Source: Candidatus Moraniibacteriota bacterium
Lineage (GTDB): Bacteria; Patescibacteriota; Minisyncoccia; Moranbacterales; UBA1568
Length of the DNA: 64,000 bases
Direction: 5' to 3'
NCBI GenBank assembly: GCA_023261695.1
Contig: JAHFON010000003.1
Span: forward strand, 6,682 to 70,681
Position numbers and translations under genes: made by a program. The notes below the pieces were generated by a model. The model had not been told where the DNA came from. It did not search any database and worked only from the letters and a program-made list of their open reading frames with translations. Positions 1-9,786 of the stretch are shown here, piece after piece. How positions within the stretch are numbered: position 1 is the stretch's first letter; each line of letters opens with the position of its first letter.

Positions 1-1374
1 AATGGACCATATCGTGTTTTAACTTTGGATGCATCTCAAAATGGTACATTTTCAAATAATTTAGCAATTACAAAAGTTTTGCAAGTCAACGGGACAGGGA
101 ATAGTTATATACAAGGCAACGTCGGCATCGGGACGACGAGTCCGACGACGCTGTTTGAAATTGGATCGTCCGATCTCGGCGATGGCGCGGCCGGTCCGAT
201 TATTACCTTGGGTCGTAACACAAACGCAACCAACACCGGAGCCGGTTCCATGAACTTTATGAGTAAAGCCGGTACGGCTGGTTATGTCTGGCAGGACAAT
301 GCCGGTCAGATGCGTATCAATACTGCCGCGCCAACCAATGCCAATGACACGGCGGGGACAGTGATCGGCACACAATCATCATCGCTGGCTTCCAAAAATC
401 TGGCGGGAGAATTTACTGATTACACGTCAGCCCTGAACATTATTGTTGACGCGCCGCTCTATAACTTCACTTACAAATCAGGCGCGTACAATAATCAGGA
501 ATTCACCGGTATCATCACCGATTATTCTCCGACTTTCGGTATGGATAAAGATGCGGAACATCCGGCAGGCAAGAGTCTGAATGTAGTCACAGCTATTGGT
601 TATACGTTTGGCGCCATCAAGCAATTGGATCGAAGCTTTGCCAGCGTGAATCTCAAAACCGATCAAAATATCACCACGCTGTCCGCTCTGCAGGTTTCCG
701 TGGACGCGCAACTGACAGTGATCGGCGGGACGTTGAATCAACTTACGACCAATGATCAACTGCAAACAACCAAGAATAACGAGCAAGACACGGCTCTGGA
801 AACCCTGACTTCCGACTATCAATCGCTCACCGCCAACTTTGCCAACCTGCAATCCGACATCAACGCGCAAGTGTCCAAAACCGCTCTGATAGAAACACAA
901 ATGGCGACACTCACCGAACAACTCGCCACGCTCACGGACTTCTACACCACGTTTGATCTGGGCAATCTGATAACTAAAGACACGCTCGGCAACGTGGATC
1001 TTTTGGGCGGTAAATTAAAAGCCAAGATATTGGAAACGGGCGCGCTCACCATAGAAGTGGTGGATCCGGACGCTCCGACTATCGGCTCGGCGGAGATTTT
1101 GCCGGTGGCCACGGATGCTGACAGTGACGGTAATGACGACTACACGAATAAACCGATGACCGATCCGGATGTGGCGGCGCGCGATGGAAAGAGTCTGGTG
1201 GTGAAAACCAAGTCCGTATCGGAGAAAACTCGGGTTTTCGTGACGCTGAAAAATTTGCTGGATGTTCCGCTGGTTGTTACCAAGATTGAAGAAGGCGAGA
1301 ACTTCAAAGTGGAGGTGAAAACTGCCGTATCAGAGAAGGTGAAATTTGACTGGCTGATAGTGGAGGAGAAGTAG
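1..1374 (+). CDS. 5'-truncated large surface/tail-fibre-like protein with intramolecular chaperone (peptidase S74-like) domain and coiled coil
   Basis: Frame is open from base 1. GNVGIGTTSP repeat motif, then an S74-like segment (SSLASKN...ALNIIV..PLYNFTYK...GAIKQL), then a heptad Q/T/L-rich coiled coil. Confidence 0.6.
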   Translation, partial: NGPYRVLTLDASQNGTFSNNLAITKVLQVNGTGNSYIQGNVGIGTTSPTTLFEIGSSDLGDGAAGPIITLGRNTNATNTGAGSMNFMSKAGTAGYVWQDNAGQMRINTAAPTNANDTAGTVIGTQSSSLASKNLAGEFTDYTSALNIIVDAPLYNFTYKSGAYNNQEFTGIITDYSPTFGMDKDAEHPAGKSLNVVTAIGYTFGAIKQLDRSFASVNLKTDQNITTLSALQVSVDAQLTVIGGTLNQLTTNDQLQTTKNNEQDTALETLTSDYQSLTANFANLQSDINAQVSKTALIETQMATLTEQLATLTDFYTTFDLGNLITKDTLGNVDLLGGKLKAKILETGALTIEVVDPDAPTIGSAEILPVATDADSDGNDDYTNKPMTDPDVAARDGKSLVVKTKSVSEKTRVFVTLKNLLDVPLVVTKIEEGENFKVEVKTAVSEKVKFDWLIVEEK

Positions 1375-1423
1375 TTTTGCTATGATGTACCCTGAATTCA
1401 AGGCGTGCGTGAAGTGAGATGAA

Positions 1424-2329
1424 TTATAACAATAGAGCGTCTTTCGGATTTGTTATCCAGTGTATTGTGGCGCCCATTTTTTCCAAACGGTAAAGCCAGG
1501 TGAGCTGGCGTTTGGCGTACTGAAAACTCTCCCGCAGAATGCGATCGCGCATTGTCTGACGGGGGATTTTGTTTTGGAGAAACAGCGCGATATTTCTGTA
1601 CTCCAACCCGAAACTTTCCAACCTTTTCCAACCGACGCCTTCTTCGCGCAAACGTTCCACTTCCGCGACCATTCCTCGTTTCAATCTTTTATCCAGCCGC
1701 GTTTCTATGTTTTTTTGCAAGATTTCTTTGTCCGGGTTTAAAGCAATGATGAGATAGTTTGCGGTTTTTAGTTTATGGTTCGCAGTCGGAGACGGAACTT
1801 TTCCGAGAGATTCTATAATTTCCAACGCTCGTATCAGTCGGACTTTATTTTTTGGGTCAATGCTTGCGGCGCGGGAGGGATCTTTTTTTGTAAGTATTGA
1901 AAAAAGTTTTTCTGCGGAAAGTTTTGTAAGTTTTTTGCGCAATTTCAAATCCGGTTTTACGGGCGGGAAAGTCGTGCCTTCAATTAAAGCTTGCGCCCAA
2001 AATCCCGTGCCGCCGCAGATAATGGGAATTTTACCGCGTTTTTGAATGTCTGTGGCGGCTTTTTTCGCGTCCCGCGCAAAATGCGTGACGTTGTAAGCGC
2101 GCTTGGGAGAGGCTACGTCTATTAAATGATGTCGTATGCCGTCCGAAAAAAATTCCGAATTCGCGGAAAAATCTCGCGGGACTTTTCCCGTTCCTATATC
2201 CATTCCTCTGTAAATCTGTCTTGAATCAGCCGAAATAATCTCGCCATTATATTTCTTGGCGAGCGCGATGGCCAAATCAGATTTGCCGCTCGCCGTCGGT
2301 CCGAGGACGCAGATATTTTTTTTATCCAT
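1424..2329 (-). CDS. miaA: tRNA dimethylallyltransferase
   Basis: GPTASGKS P-loop, ISADSRQIYRGMDIGTGK, GGTG, YAKRQLTW. Confidence 0.97.
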   Translation of the reverse strand: MDKKNICVLGPTASGKSDLAIALAKKYNGEIISADSRQIYRGMDIGTGKVPRDFSANSEFFSDGIRHHLIDVASPKRAYNVTHFARDAKKAATDIQKRGKIPIICGGTGFWAQALIEGTTFPPVKPDLKLRKKLTKLSAEKLFSILTKKDPSRAASIDPKNKVRLIRALEIIESLGKVPSPTANHKLKTANYLIIALNPDKEILQKNIETRLDKRLKRGMVAEVERLREEGVGWKRLESFGLEYRNIALFLQNKIPRQTMRDRILRESFQYAKRQLTWLYRLEKMGATIHWITNPKDALLL

Positions 2330-2333
2330 AACG

Positions 2334-5300
2334 TTAATTCGTGATTGATTCCACGCCGTCCAGATTTTTGATCTGCGCGAGATGGTCTTCAGTCGGAGAA
2401 AGCGAGAATGTGGTCTGGATGATGGTGCCTCCGATTTGCACTGCGACTTTTTTGGGTCCGGTGGGAATGGTTTTCAAGAGATGTGACAGGCGCTCTATGA
2501 TTTCTTGCGGCGCGGAGTTCCGGACGTTTATAACCAAGTTATTTTGGGCGCGCGGAGTATTGTGTTGCGCGCGGGTGGCTTCGCCGCGGGCGAATTGGAT
2601 CAGTGTGTCCGGCGAAACGCGTTCCAATGTTTCCGCGACGCATTTGAGCGCGCCGTCTTTGTGTGAAACGCGCGCGTTGACCAGCACCACCTCGCCTTCT
2701 ATTAAAAACGCCTGCACGAGCTCCGCCGTCTTGCCGAATATGAGCAGCTCCACGCGGCCTGTCAGGTCCTCAAGTCCCACGAAATACATTTCACTTTGAT
2801 TTTTGGTAATGATTTTGCGCACGCTGACAATCACGCCGCCCAAACGCACATAGGCATTGTTGGTTTTTTTCTCCAGTTCTTTAATGGTGACTGCTGTCTT
2901 GCTGAAATAGTCTTGGTAGTCTTTGACCGGATGGTCGCTGATATACAATCCCAATAATTCTTTTTCCCATTTGAGAGCCGTTTGCTTGGCAATGGGGATG
3001 GCTGGCGAAAGTTTGATGGGACTTGCGGCGAGCGTCATATTTCCAAAAAGGCTGGATTGATGAGTGTCGGCGATCGCTTTCAGATTTTTGGCGTGCCGCA
3101 GAATATCGTCCAGACTTTCCAGGAGTTCTCCGCGCTCTCCGAAATTTTCCAACGCGCCCACTTTGATCAGGGCTTCCAGCGACTTCTTGTTGAGATCTTT
3201 GGTTTTTACGCGTTCTATGAATTGTTCCAGCGTCGCATAGCGGCCGTTTTGTTTGCGTTGCGTTACGATGTCGGAAGCCGCGATGCGTCCCACGTTTTTG
3301 ACGGCATTCAAACCGAAACGGATGCGCTCAATCTGGTTATCCGCAATCACCGCGAATTCCTCAAAGCTTTCATTGACGGAAGGCGGCAGAACCTCAATGC
3401 CCATTTCGCGCGCTTCGTTAATTTCAATGGCGATGCGATCAATATTGTCCTGGTCGGATGTCAAAAGCGCCGCCATAAATTCAGCCGGATAATGCGCTTT
3501 GAGATAAGCCGTCTGATAACCGATGAGCGCGTAGCAGGCGGCATGCGCGCGATTGAAACCGTAATCAGCAAACGGCTCAATGAAGGAAAAAACTTTTTCC
3601 CCGATATTTTTTCCGACACCCGTGCGTATACAGCCCTGGATAAATTTTTCTCTTTGCTCGGCGACGAGTTCTTTGATTTTTTTGCCGACGGCTTTACGAA
3701 GTACGTCCGCTTCGCCCAAACTGAAACCGGCCAGATCGCGCGCGATTTGCATCAGCTGTTCCTGATATACGGCGACACCGTAGGTATTTTTGAGGATGGG
3801 TTCCAGGATAGGATGAAGATATTTGATTTTTTTCGTCCCGTGTTTTCCGTCTATGAAATCTTGTATGTACTCCATCGGACCAGGACGATAGAGAGCCACC
3901 ATCGCGATGATGTCTTCTAAAACGGTGGGTTTCAACTGCTTCAAATAGCGTTTCATACCGGAGCTTTCCAATTGAAAGACGCCCGTGGTGCGCGCTTCTT
4001 GTAAAAGTTTGAAAGTGAGTTTGTCGTCCAAAGGAATTTTTTCTATATGGACGGTTTCATTTTTTGTTTTACGGACGATGCGCAGAGTGTTCTGAATGAT
4101 AGTGAGGTTTTTCAGTCCCAGAAAATCCATTTTCAGCAAGCCGATTTTTTCCACGGCGTTGGATTTGGTGGAAGCGGAATACTGTGTGACCACGCCGCTT
4201 CGGTTGCCGGCGACGCGCTGGAGGGGAGTATATTCGGTAACCGGGTCTTTGGTGATGACGACGCCGCAGGCATGCATTGAAGCGTGTCTGACCAGACCTT
4301 CAACTTGCATTGCAATATCTATCAATTTTTTGGCTTGAGCGTCTGATTCGTACCACTGTTTGAATTCCCGCACTTCTTCCAGCGCTTTCGTGATGGATGT
4401 AAACATCGGGATCATTTTGGAAGTTTTGTCGCAGAATTCGTAAGTATATCCCAGCGCCCGTCCCACATCGCGCACGGCGGCGCGCGCCGCCATAGTGCCG
4501 AACGTAATGATCTGTGCTACGTGATCGTCACCGTACTTTTGTCGCACATAGTTGAGCACGTCATCGCGGCGATCGTCGGCGAAGTCCATATCCACGTCGG
4601 GCAGAGAAATACGTTCGGGATTGAGAAAGCGTTCGAAGAGAAGATTGTACTTAATCGGATCTATATCGGTGATGCCGGTCAAATAAGCGAGAAAACTGCC
4701 CGCGGCCGAACCGCGGCCGGGGCCTACGACCACGCCGTTATCTTTGGCCCAGTTGACGAAGTCTTGCACAATCAAGAAATATGAAGCGAAGCCGGTTTTT
4801 TTGACGACGCCAAGTTCGTAATCTATGCGCGCGCGCTGTTCTGGAGTAATCGTTTCTTCAGGGAAGCGCTTGCGTAATCCGAGTTCGCAGAGTTCGCGCA
4901 GATAGGCGTCGGCCGTTTTGTTTTCCGGCAGTGGAAATTCCGGCAGGTGATTTTCACCCAGAGGAATTTGGAAATTGATGTTCTGTACTATCTTTTCCGT
5001 ATTTTCAAGGGCTTCTGGCAAGTCTTTGAAAATCTCCGCCATTTCTTGCGGCGAGCGCAGAGAGAGATCAAGCGTCATCATACTGAAACGCTCGGTATCG
5101 GAAACTTTTTTGTTATCGCGAATGCACAGCAGAATGTCCTGGATTTCGGCGTGTTCCCGTTTGAGGTAATGCGCATCGCAAGCGGCCACGACGGGAATGT
5201 CGGTTTCGCGGCGCAACTGGACGAGTCCCTGATTGGCGATGATCTGATTTTCGTATTCCAGGTTCGGTCCGAGTTCCAGATAGAAGTTGCCCGCGCCGAA

Positions 5301-5792
5301 AATATCCTGATACTCCAAGGCTGCTTCTTTGGCGCGCGCGTAGTTGCCGTAGATGATTTCCGACGGCACCTCGCCCTGCAATGATCCGGAGAGCGCGATG
5401 AGTCCTTCGTGATATTGCCTAAGGAGATTTTTGTCGGCGCGCGCTTTATAATAAAAGCCTTCCAATTGGGCGATGGAAATGATTTTCATCAGATTTTTGT
5501 AGCCAGTCTGGTTTTTGACGAGGAGTACCAGCTGATGTCGGCGGCGGTCTTCGGCGGTGTTATTTTTGCTGTGCAGATCTTTGCAGACGAAAATCTCCGC
5601 GCCGATAATGGCTTTGATGCCAAAATCTTTAGCTTTGCTTTGAAATTCCACGGCGCCATAGAGCGCGGATGTGTCAGTGAGCGCGAGCGCCGTCATCCCG
5701 AGCTCCCGCGTCCGCGCCAAAAGCTCCTCTATTTTGGGCAGGGCGGTGAGTAGGGAGTAGTGAGAGTGAGTATGGAGATGCGTAAACCGCAT
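2334..5792 (-). CDS. dnaE: DNA polymerase III alpha subunit
   Basis: PHP domain HLHTHSHYSLL, GPGRGSAAGS, FERFLNPER, PDVDMDF, KMDFLGL, C-terminal OB fold. Confidence 0.98.
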   Translation of the reverse strand: MRFTHLHTHSHYSLLTALPKIEELLARTRELGMTALALTDTSALYGAVEFQSKAKDFGIKAIIGAEIFVCKDLHSKNNTAEDRRRHQLVLLVKNQTGYKNLMKIISIAQLEGFYYKARADKNLLRQYHEGLIALSGSLQGEVPSEIIYGNYARAKEAALEYQDIFGAGNFYLELGPNLEYENQIIANQGLVQLRRETDIPVVAACDAHYLKREHAEIQDILLCIRDNKKVSDTERFSMMTLDLSLRSPQEMAEIFKDLPEALENTEKIVQNINFQIPLGENHLPEFPLPENKTADAYLRELCELGLRKRFPEETITPEQRARIDYELGVVKKTGFASYFLIVQDFVNWAKDNGVVVGPGRGSAAGSFLAYLTGITDIDPIKYNLLFERFLNPERISLPDVDMDFADDRRDDVLNYVRQKYGDDHVAQIITFGTMAARAAVRDVGRALGYTYEFCDKTSKMIPMFTSITKALEEVREFKQWYESDAQAKKLIDIAMQVEGLVRHASMHACGVVITKDPVTEYTPLQRVAGNRSGVVTQYSASTKSNAVEKIGLLKMDFLGLKNLTIIQNTLRIVRKTKNETVHIEKIPLDDKLTFKLLQEARTTGVFQLESSGMKRYLKQLKPTVLEDIIAMVALYRPGPMEYIQDFIDGKHGTKKIKYLHPILEPILKNTYGVAVYQEQLMQIARDLAGFSLGEADVLRKAVGKKIKELVAEQREKFIQGCIRTGVGKNIGEKVFSFIEPFADYGFNRAHAACYALIGYQTAYLKAHYPAEFMAALLTSDQDNIDRIAIEINEAREMGIEVLPPSVNESFEEFAVIADNQIERIRFGLNAVKNVGRIAASDIVTQRKQNGRYATLEQFIERVKTKDLNKKSLEALIKVGALENFGERGELLESLDDILRHAKNLKAIADTHQSSLFGNMTLAASPIKLSPAIPIAKQTALKWEKELLGLYISDHPVKDYQDYFSKTAVTIKELEKKTNNAYVRLGGVIVSVRKIITKNQSEMYFVGLEDLTGRVELLIFGKTAELVQAFLIEGEVVLVNARVSHKDGALKCVAETLERVSPDTLIQFARGEATRAQHNTPRAQNNLVINVRNSAPQEIIERLSHLLKTIPTGPKKVAVQIGGTIIQTTFSLSPTEDHLAQIKNLDGVESITN

Positions 5793-5821
5793 AGCAATTT
5801 AATTCTCAATTATCAATTTCT

Positions 5822-5857
5822 AAAAATAAAAAACCAGGCTTCTTCCGAAAGACTGGT
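5822..5857 (-). terminator. Intrinsic terminator-like hairpin upstream of dnaE
   Basis: Minus strand reads ACCAG-TCTT-tcgg-AAGA-agc-CTGGT followed by TTTTTATTTTT. Confidence 0.6.
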
Positions 5858-5947
5858 GCTGAAAAATAGGGAAAAATCTTGTGCATAGGTTCTGTATCCC
5901 TCATAGCCCGGACAAAGCCGTGGGTTCTGCAGGGAAATTTACTGCAC
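5822..5947 (-). ncRNA. Candidate structured small RNA or leader RNA
   Basis: Extended -10 TGcTATACT (5960-5952), then a GUGCA...UGCAC-closed stem-loop (5947-5881), then a terminator. No family recognised. Confidence 0.35.
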
Positions 5948-5989
5948 TTGCAGTATAGCACAGCGCGCTTTCAGGATAAATCATTGAGG

Positions 5990-6018
5990 TTGATTATTTT
6001 CTCAAAAACGGGTATGCT
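5990..6018 (+). promoter_or_regulatory. sigma70-type promoter
   Basis: TTGATT-N17-TATGCT upstream of the 6056 ORF and gyrB. Confidence 0.5.
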
Positions 6019-6055
6019 AGACGATAGATGTCGGCCGTTTCAGGAGTAAAAATTT

Positions 6056-6433
6056 ATGTCGCTATCTGCTTATTTGTGGGGTATTCGCTTGTTTACGCTT
6101 TTGGCTCTCTTGGCGTTTCTGGGCGTGGTGATGGCGCTGGATCCGGAAAAAGCGGGTGGCAGGGAGCTTTTTTTTGTTAGTTTGCTGGCTCTTTTGAGCG
6201 GTATATTGACACTCTTGGTCACCGGAGCGTACCGTAGGGTATTGGGAGACTCTGGCGCGGTACACCATTTGGCTGGCGCTTTTCGTCAGGCGCTTCTGCT
6301 TTCTGTATACGCTGTCGGTATTGTTTTTTTTCAGTACGCGAAGATTTTAACGTGGTGGGACGCCTTGTTGCTTTTGGCGGCGGTATTATTGATAGAGTTT
6401 TCATTTCGGCGTTTTTTACAAACGCAAGACTGA
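6056..6433 (+). CDS. Hypothetical membrane protein (about 4 TM)
   Basis: 125-aa hydrophobic ORF, co-oriented with gyrB. Confidence 0.75.
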   Translation: MSLSAYLWGIRLFTLLALLAFLGVVMALDPEKAGGRELFFVSLLALLSGILTLLVTGAYRRVLGDSGAVHHLAGAFRQALLLSVYAVGIVFFQYAKILTWWDALLLLAAVLLIEFSFRRFLQTQD

Positions 6434-6464
6434 AATAAATTAAAGCCTAAAATTGTAAAATTAT

Positions 6465-8552
6465 ATGGCAAAGACAGAACAAACATACGGAGCCAAGGCT
6501 ATTCAGGTGCTTGAGGGTTTGGATCCTGTGCGCAAGCGTCCGGGGATGTATATCGGCGGCACGTCGCTGGAGGGATTGCACCATCTCATCTGGGAAGTGG
6601 TGAATAATTCCATTGATGAAGCAATGGCGGGTTATTGCACGCGCATTATCGTGCGTCTCCTGCCGGACAATTGGGTGGAAATCAAAGATAACGGCCGCGG
6701 TATTCCGGTAGACACTCACCCGCAAACCAAAAAATCCGCGCTGGAAACAGTGATGACTATGTTGCATGCCGGCGGCAAATTCGGCGGCGAGGGTTACAAA
6801 ATTTCCGGCGGTTTGCATGGGGTGGGTGTGTCTGTAGTCAACGCGCTTTCCCTGCATACTGTCGTGACGGTGGAACGCGACGGCAAAGTATGGACGCAAG
6901 AGTACAAGCGCGGCAAACCCCTTGCTCCCGTGAAGCCCAGCGGCAAATCTGCTGTCACCAGTACGACCGTGGCGTTTTGCGCCGATCCGGATATTTTTCC
7001 AGAGATCAGTTATTCTTGGACCAAAATTTTAGAGTATCTGCGTTATCAGGCGTTTCTGACCAAAGGCTTGCGCATAAATATAGAAGACTGGCGCGAAACC
7101 AAGGATCAGAATCAGGCGTACAAAGTGAAGCGTCACAGTTTTTATTTTGATTCCGGCATAGTTTCGTTCGTGAAATTTCTGAATCGCAAGAAAGAAGCGA
7201 GGAATCTCGCACCGGTGTATGTGGAAAAAACGGTTGAAAATATTTCTGTGGAGTTCTCGTTGCAATTTACCGAAGGGTTCAAAGAGCATCTGTTCGCGTT
7301 TGCCAATAATATCTTAAATCCCGGCGGCGGCACGCACGTGACCGGTTTCAAAATGGCGCTCACGCGCGTGTTGAATGATTACGCCAAAAAAAATAATCTG
7401 ATCAAAGAAAAAGAAGGGGCGATTACCTCCGACGATTTGCGGGAAGGACTCACGGCGGTTATTTCCGTGAAACTCGCCAATCCGCAATTTGAAGGTCAGA
7501 CCAAAGACAAGCTGAATAATAATGAAGTGCGCGGAGCCGTCTCGCAAGTGGTGGCGGAGGGCCTGAATGAATTTTTAGAAACTCATCCGGCGGACGCGAA
7601 AGCGATTATTGAAAAATGTTTGCTTACGGTGCGGGCGCGCGTGGCGGCGCGCGCCGCCAAAGACGCGGTGCTCCGCAAGGGCGCTTTGGAAGGGATGACA
7701 CTGCCGGGGAAATTGGCAGATTGTTCCACCCGCGACACGGAGCGCTCCGAAGTATATATCGTGGAAGGGGATTCTGCCGGTGGTTCGGCCAAGCAGGGAC
7801 GCAATCGCGAATTTCAGGCGATTTTGCCTTTGCGCGGTAAATTGGTAAATGTGGAAAAAACGAGTTTAGACAAGGTTGTAAAATCAGACACATTGAAACC
7901 GATTATCATCGCGCTCGGGGTCGGTATCGGAGAAACGTTGGATATTACGAAGTTGCGGTATGGCAAAGTGATCATTATGGCCGATGCCGATGTGGACGGT
8001 TCGCATATCCGCACATTGCTTCTGACATTTTTCTATCGTTATTATGAAGAGTTGGTGCGCGGCGGCCGTATTTTTATTGCGCAACCGCCGCTCTATCGTC
8101 TCCAGACAGGCAAAGACGTGCGTTATGCGTACACCGATGAAGAAAAATTGCGCGTGATGGAAGAAATGAAACGTGAAGCGGCAATGAAAAAATCTAAAGG
8201 GGTAAAAGGCGAAAAGGAAACAGAGAAAAAAAAGGTGGAGAGAAAAGAGGCGGGAGAAAATGTGGCAGGGGAAACGGAGGAAGGTGTTGGAGCAATGGCG
8301 GTGACCAAAGAAGGAGCGGAAGAAGCTATCGCGGGAATTTCCATTCAGCGTTATAAAGGTCTCGGAGAAATGAACCCGGAGCAGTTGTGGGAAACGACGA
8401 TGAACCCGGACAATCGCGTGATGCTCAAAGTGACCATTGAAAATGCCGAAGAAGCCGATGAACTTTTTGATATTCTGATGGGGAGCGAAGTGGAACCGCG
8501 CCGCCGTTTCATCCAAACCCACGCCAAAGCCGTGAAAAATCTGGACGTGTAG
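6465..8552 (+). CDS. gyrB: DNA gyrase subunit B
   Basis: VRKRPGMYIG, GGLHGVGVSVVNALS, VEGDSAGGSAKQGR, DADVDGSHI, QRYKGLGEMNPEQLWETTM. Confidence 0.97.
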   Translation: MAKTEQTYGAKAIQVLEGLDPVRKRPGMYIGGTSLEGLHHLIWEVVNNSIDEAMAGYCTRIIVRLLPDNWVEIKDNGRGIPVDTHPQTKKSALETVMTMLHAGGKFGGEGYKISGGLHGVGVSVVNALSLHTVVTVERDGKVWTQEYKRGKPLAPVKPSGKSAVTSTTVAFCADPDIFPEISYSWTKILEYLRYQAFLTKGLRINIEDWRETKDQNQAYKVKRHSFYFDSGIVSFVKFLNRKKEARNLAPVYVEKTVENISVEFSLQFTEGFKEHLFAFANNILNPGGGTHVTGFKMALTRVLNDYAKKNNLIKEKEGAITSDDLREGLTAVISVKLANPQFEGQTKDKLNNNEVRGAVSQVVAEGLNEFLETHPADAKAIIEKCLLTVRARVAARAAKDAVLRKGALEGMTLPGKLADCSTRDTERSEVYIVEGDSAGGSAKQGRNREFQAILPLRGKLVNVEKTSLDKVVKSDTLKPIIIALGVGIGETLDITKLRYGKVIIMADADVDGSHIRTLLLTFFYRYYEELVRGGRIFIAQPPLYRLQTGKDVRYAYTDEEKLRVMEEMKREAAMKKSKGVKGEKETEKKKVERKEAGENVAGETEEGVGAMAVTKEGAEEAIAGISIQRYKGLGEMNPEQLWETTMNPDNRVMLKVTIENAEEADELFDILMGSEVEPRRRFIQTHAKAVKNLDV

Positions 8553-8636
8553 AGATTTGACGACCGGCTTTTCCGTATGTTAATGTGAAATGGCTCGGGA
8601 GGGCTTTTGGGGGTGGTTTTTTCTAGTTTAGTTTTT

Positions 8637-8963
8637 ATGAAAATGCCGTTTGATAATTTGCAGGCGGTGATTCGTTGTCCGGTGTGCGACAAGAAATACC
8701 TGCCAACGAAAATACTCGTACTGGATGAGGACGAGGGGCGCACGACGATTCACCTTACTTGTGAAAGTTGTGGGGCGGCGTCAATGGCGTTTATCTCGTT
8801 GGGGCAGTTTGGAGCGGTGAGCCTCGGTTTGCTCACTGATTTGGAACAGAATGAAGCAATGACGGTCTTCCAGCGTGAAACCATTTCTACGGATCAGGTG
8901 ATTGAAGTGCATCAATTTTTGAAACACTATACCGGAGGAGTCGAAGGTTTGCTCCGCGATTAG
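8637..8963 (+). CDS. Hypothetical zinc-ribbon protein
   Basis: CPVC...CESC pair; start placed at ATG 8637. Confidence 0.7.
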   Translation: MKMPFDNLQAVIRCPVCDKKYLPTKILVLDEDEGRTTIHLTCESCGAASMAFISLGQFGAVSLGLLTDLEQNEAMTVFQRETISTDQVIEVHQFLKHYTGGVEGLLRD

Positions 8964-9003
8964 GGCTGATTTTGAATTAATAAGCAGAATAAATAACGGA
9001 ATT

Positions 9004-9693
9004 ATGGCGGAATTTACATTGCAGGTGAAAACGCGTGAACAGGCGGGCAAAGATTTATATACGGCGCGCAAACGAGGACTGGTACCGTCGGTTATGTACG
9101 GACACGGAGTGGCGCCGCAGATGTTTTGGTTGCAGTATCTGGACTTTTCCAAATTGTATAATAAGGCCGGTGAGAGCAGTATCGTGGAAATTGTTCCAGA
9201 GGACGGCAAAGCGCTGAATGTGATTATCAGTGATGTCCAGTTTGACCCGCTCTCCAATCGTTTTACACACGTGGATTTTTTTAAGGTGCGTATGGATGAA
9301 AAGTTGGAAGCGCATATTCCGCTGGAGTTTATCGGTGAAGCGCCGGCGGTGCGCGAGCTGGGCGGTATTCTTGTAAAGCCGCTGGAAGAAATACAGGTGA
9401 AGTGTCTGCCTAAAGATTTACCGCACTCTCTTACGATTGATTTGTCTGTTTTGCAAATACTGGGGAGTCATATTCAGATCAAAAATATCAAGATGCCGGC
9501 CGGTGTGGAAGCGCTTACGGATACAGACGCGGTAATCGCGCTGGTGGAAGAACCACGCACCGAATCCGAAATAGCCGCCCTGGATGAAAAAGTGGAGGCC
9601 GATGTGACAAAGGTAGAGGGTGTTATAAAAGAGACTCCAGTGAGTACAGAGGCCCCGACCAAACCTTCTGAAGAAAAGAGAGAAAAGAAATAA
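9004..9693 (+). CDS. rplY: 50S ribosomal protein L25 / Ctc
   Basis: RKRGLVPSVMYGHG, QFDPLSNRFTHVDF, long Ctc-type C-terminus. Confidence 0.95.
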   Translation: MAEFTLQVKTREQAGKDLYTARKRGLVPSVMYGHGVAPQMFWLQYLDFSKLYNKAGESSIVEIVPEDGKALNVIISDVQFDPLSNRFTHVDFFKVRMDEKLEAHIPLEFIGEAPAVRELGGILVKPLEEIQVKCLPKDLPHSLTIDLSVLQILGSHIQIKNIKMPAGVEALTDTDAVIALVEEPRTESEIAALDEKVEADVTKVEGVIKETPVSTEAPTKPSEEKREKK

Positions 9694-9721
9694 TCTTGAG
9701 TGCGAAATCGATTTTTTGCAC

Positions 9722-9750
9722 TTGTCATTTGCAGAAAATTTGTCTATAAT
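9722..9750 (+). promoter_or_regulatory. sigma70-type promoter
   Basis: TTGTCA-N17-TATAAT. Confidence 0.7.
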
Positions 9751-9786
9751 TCACCATATAATAAATATTAAATAATTAACAAGTGT

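Noticed and set aside
2153-2168. Palindromic insertion in miaA (TTCCG-aattcg-CGGAA)
   Set aside because: Too short and lacks the full shared termini; could be chance.
2982-3920. 312-aa + strand ORF and the other long antisense ORFs (e.g. 30416-31474, 17369-18211, 26064-26798)
   Set aside because: They are shadow frames overlapping well-supported genes on the opposite strand and have no recognisable motifs.
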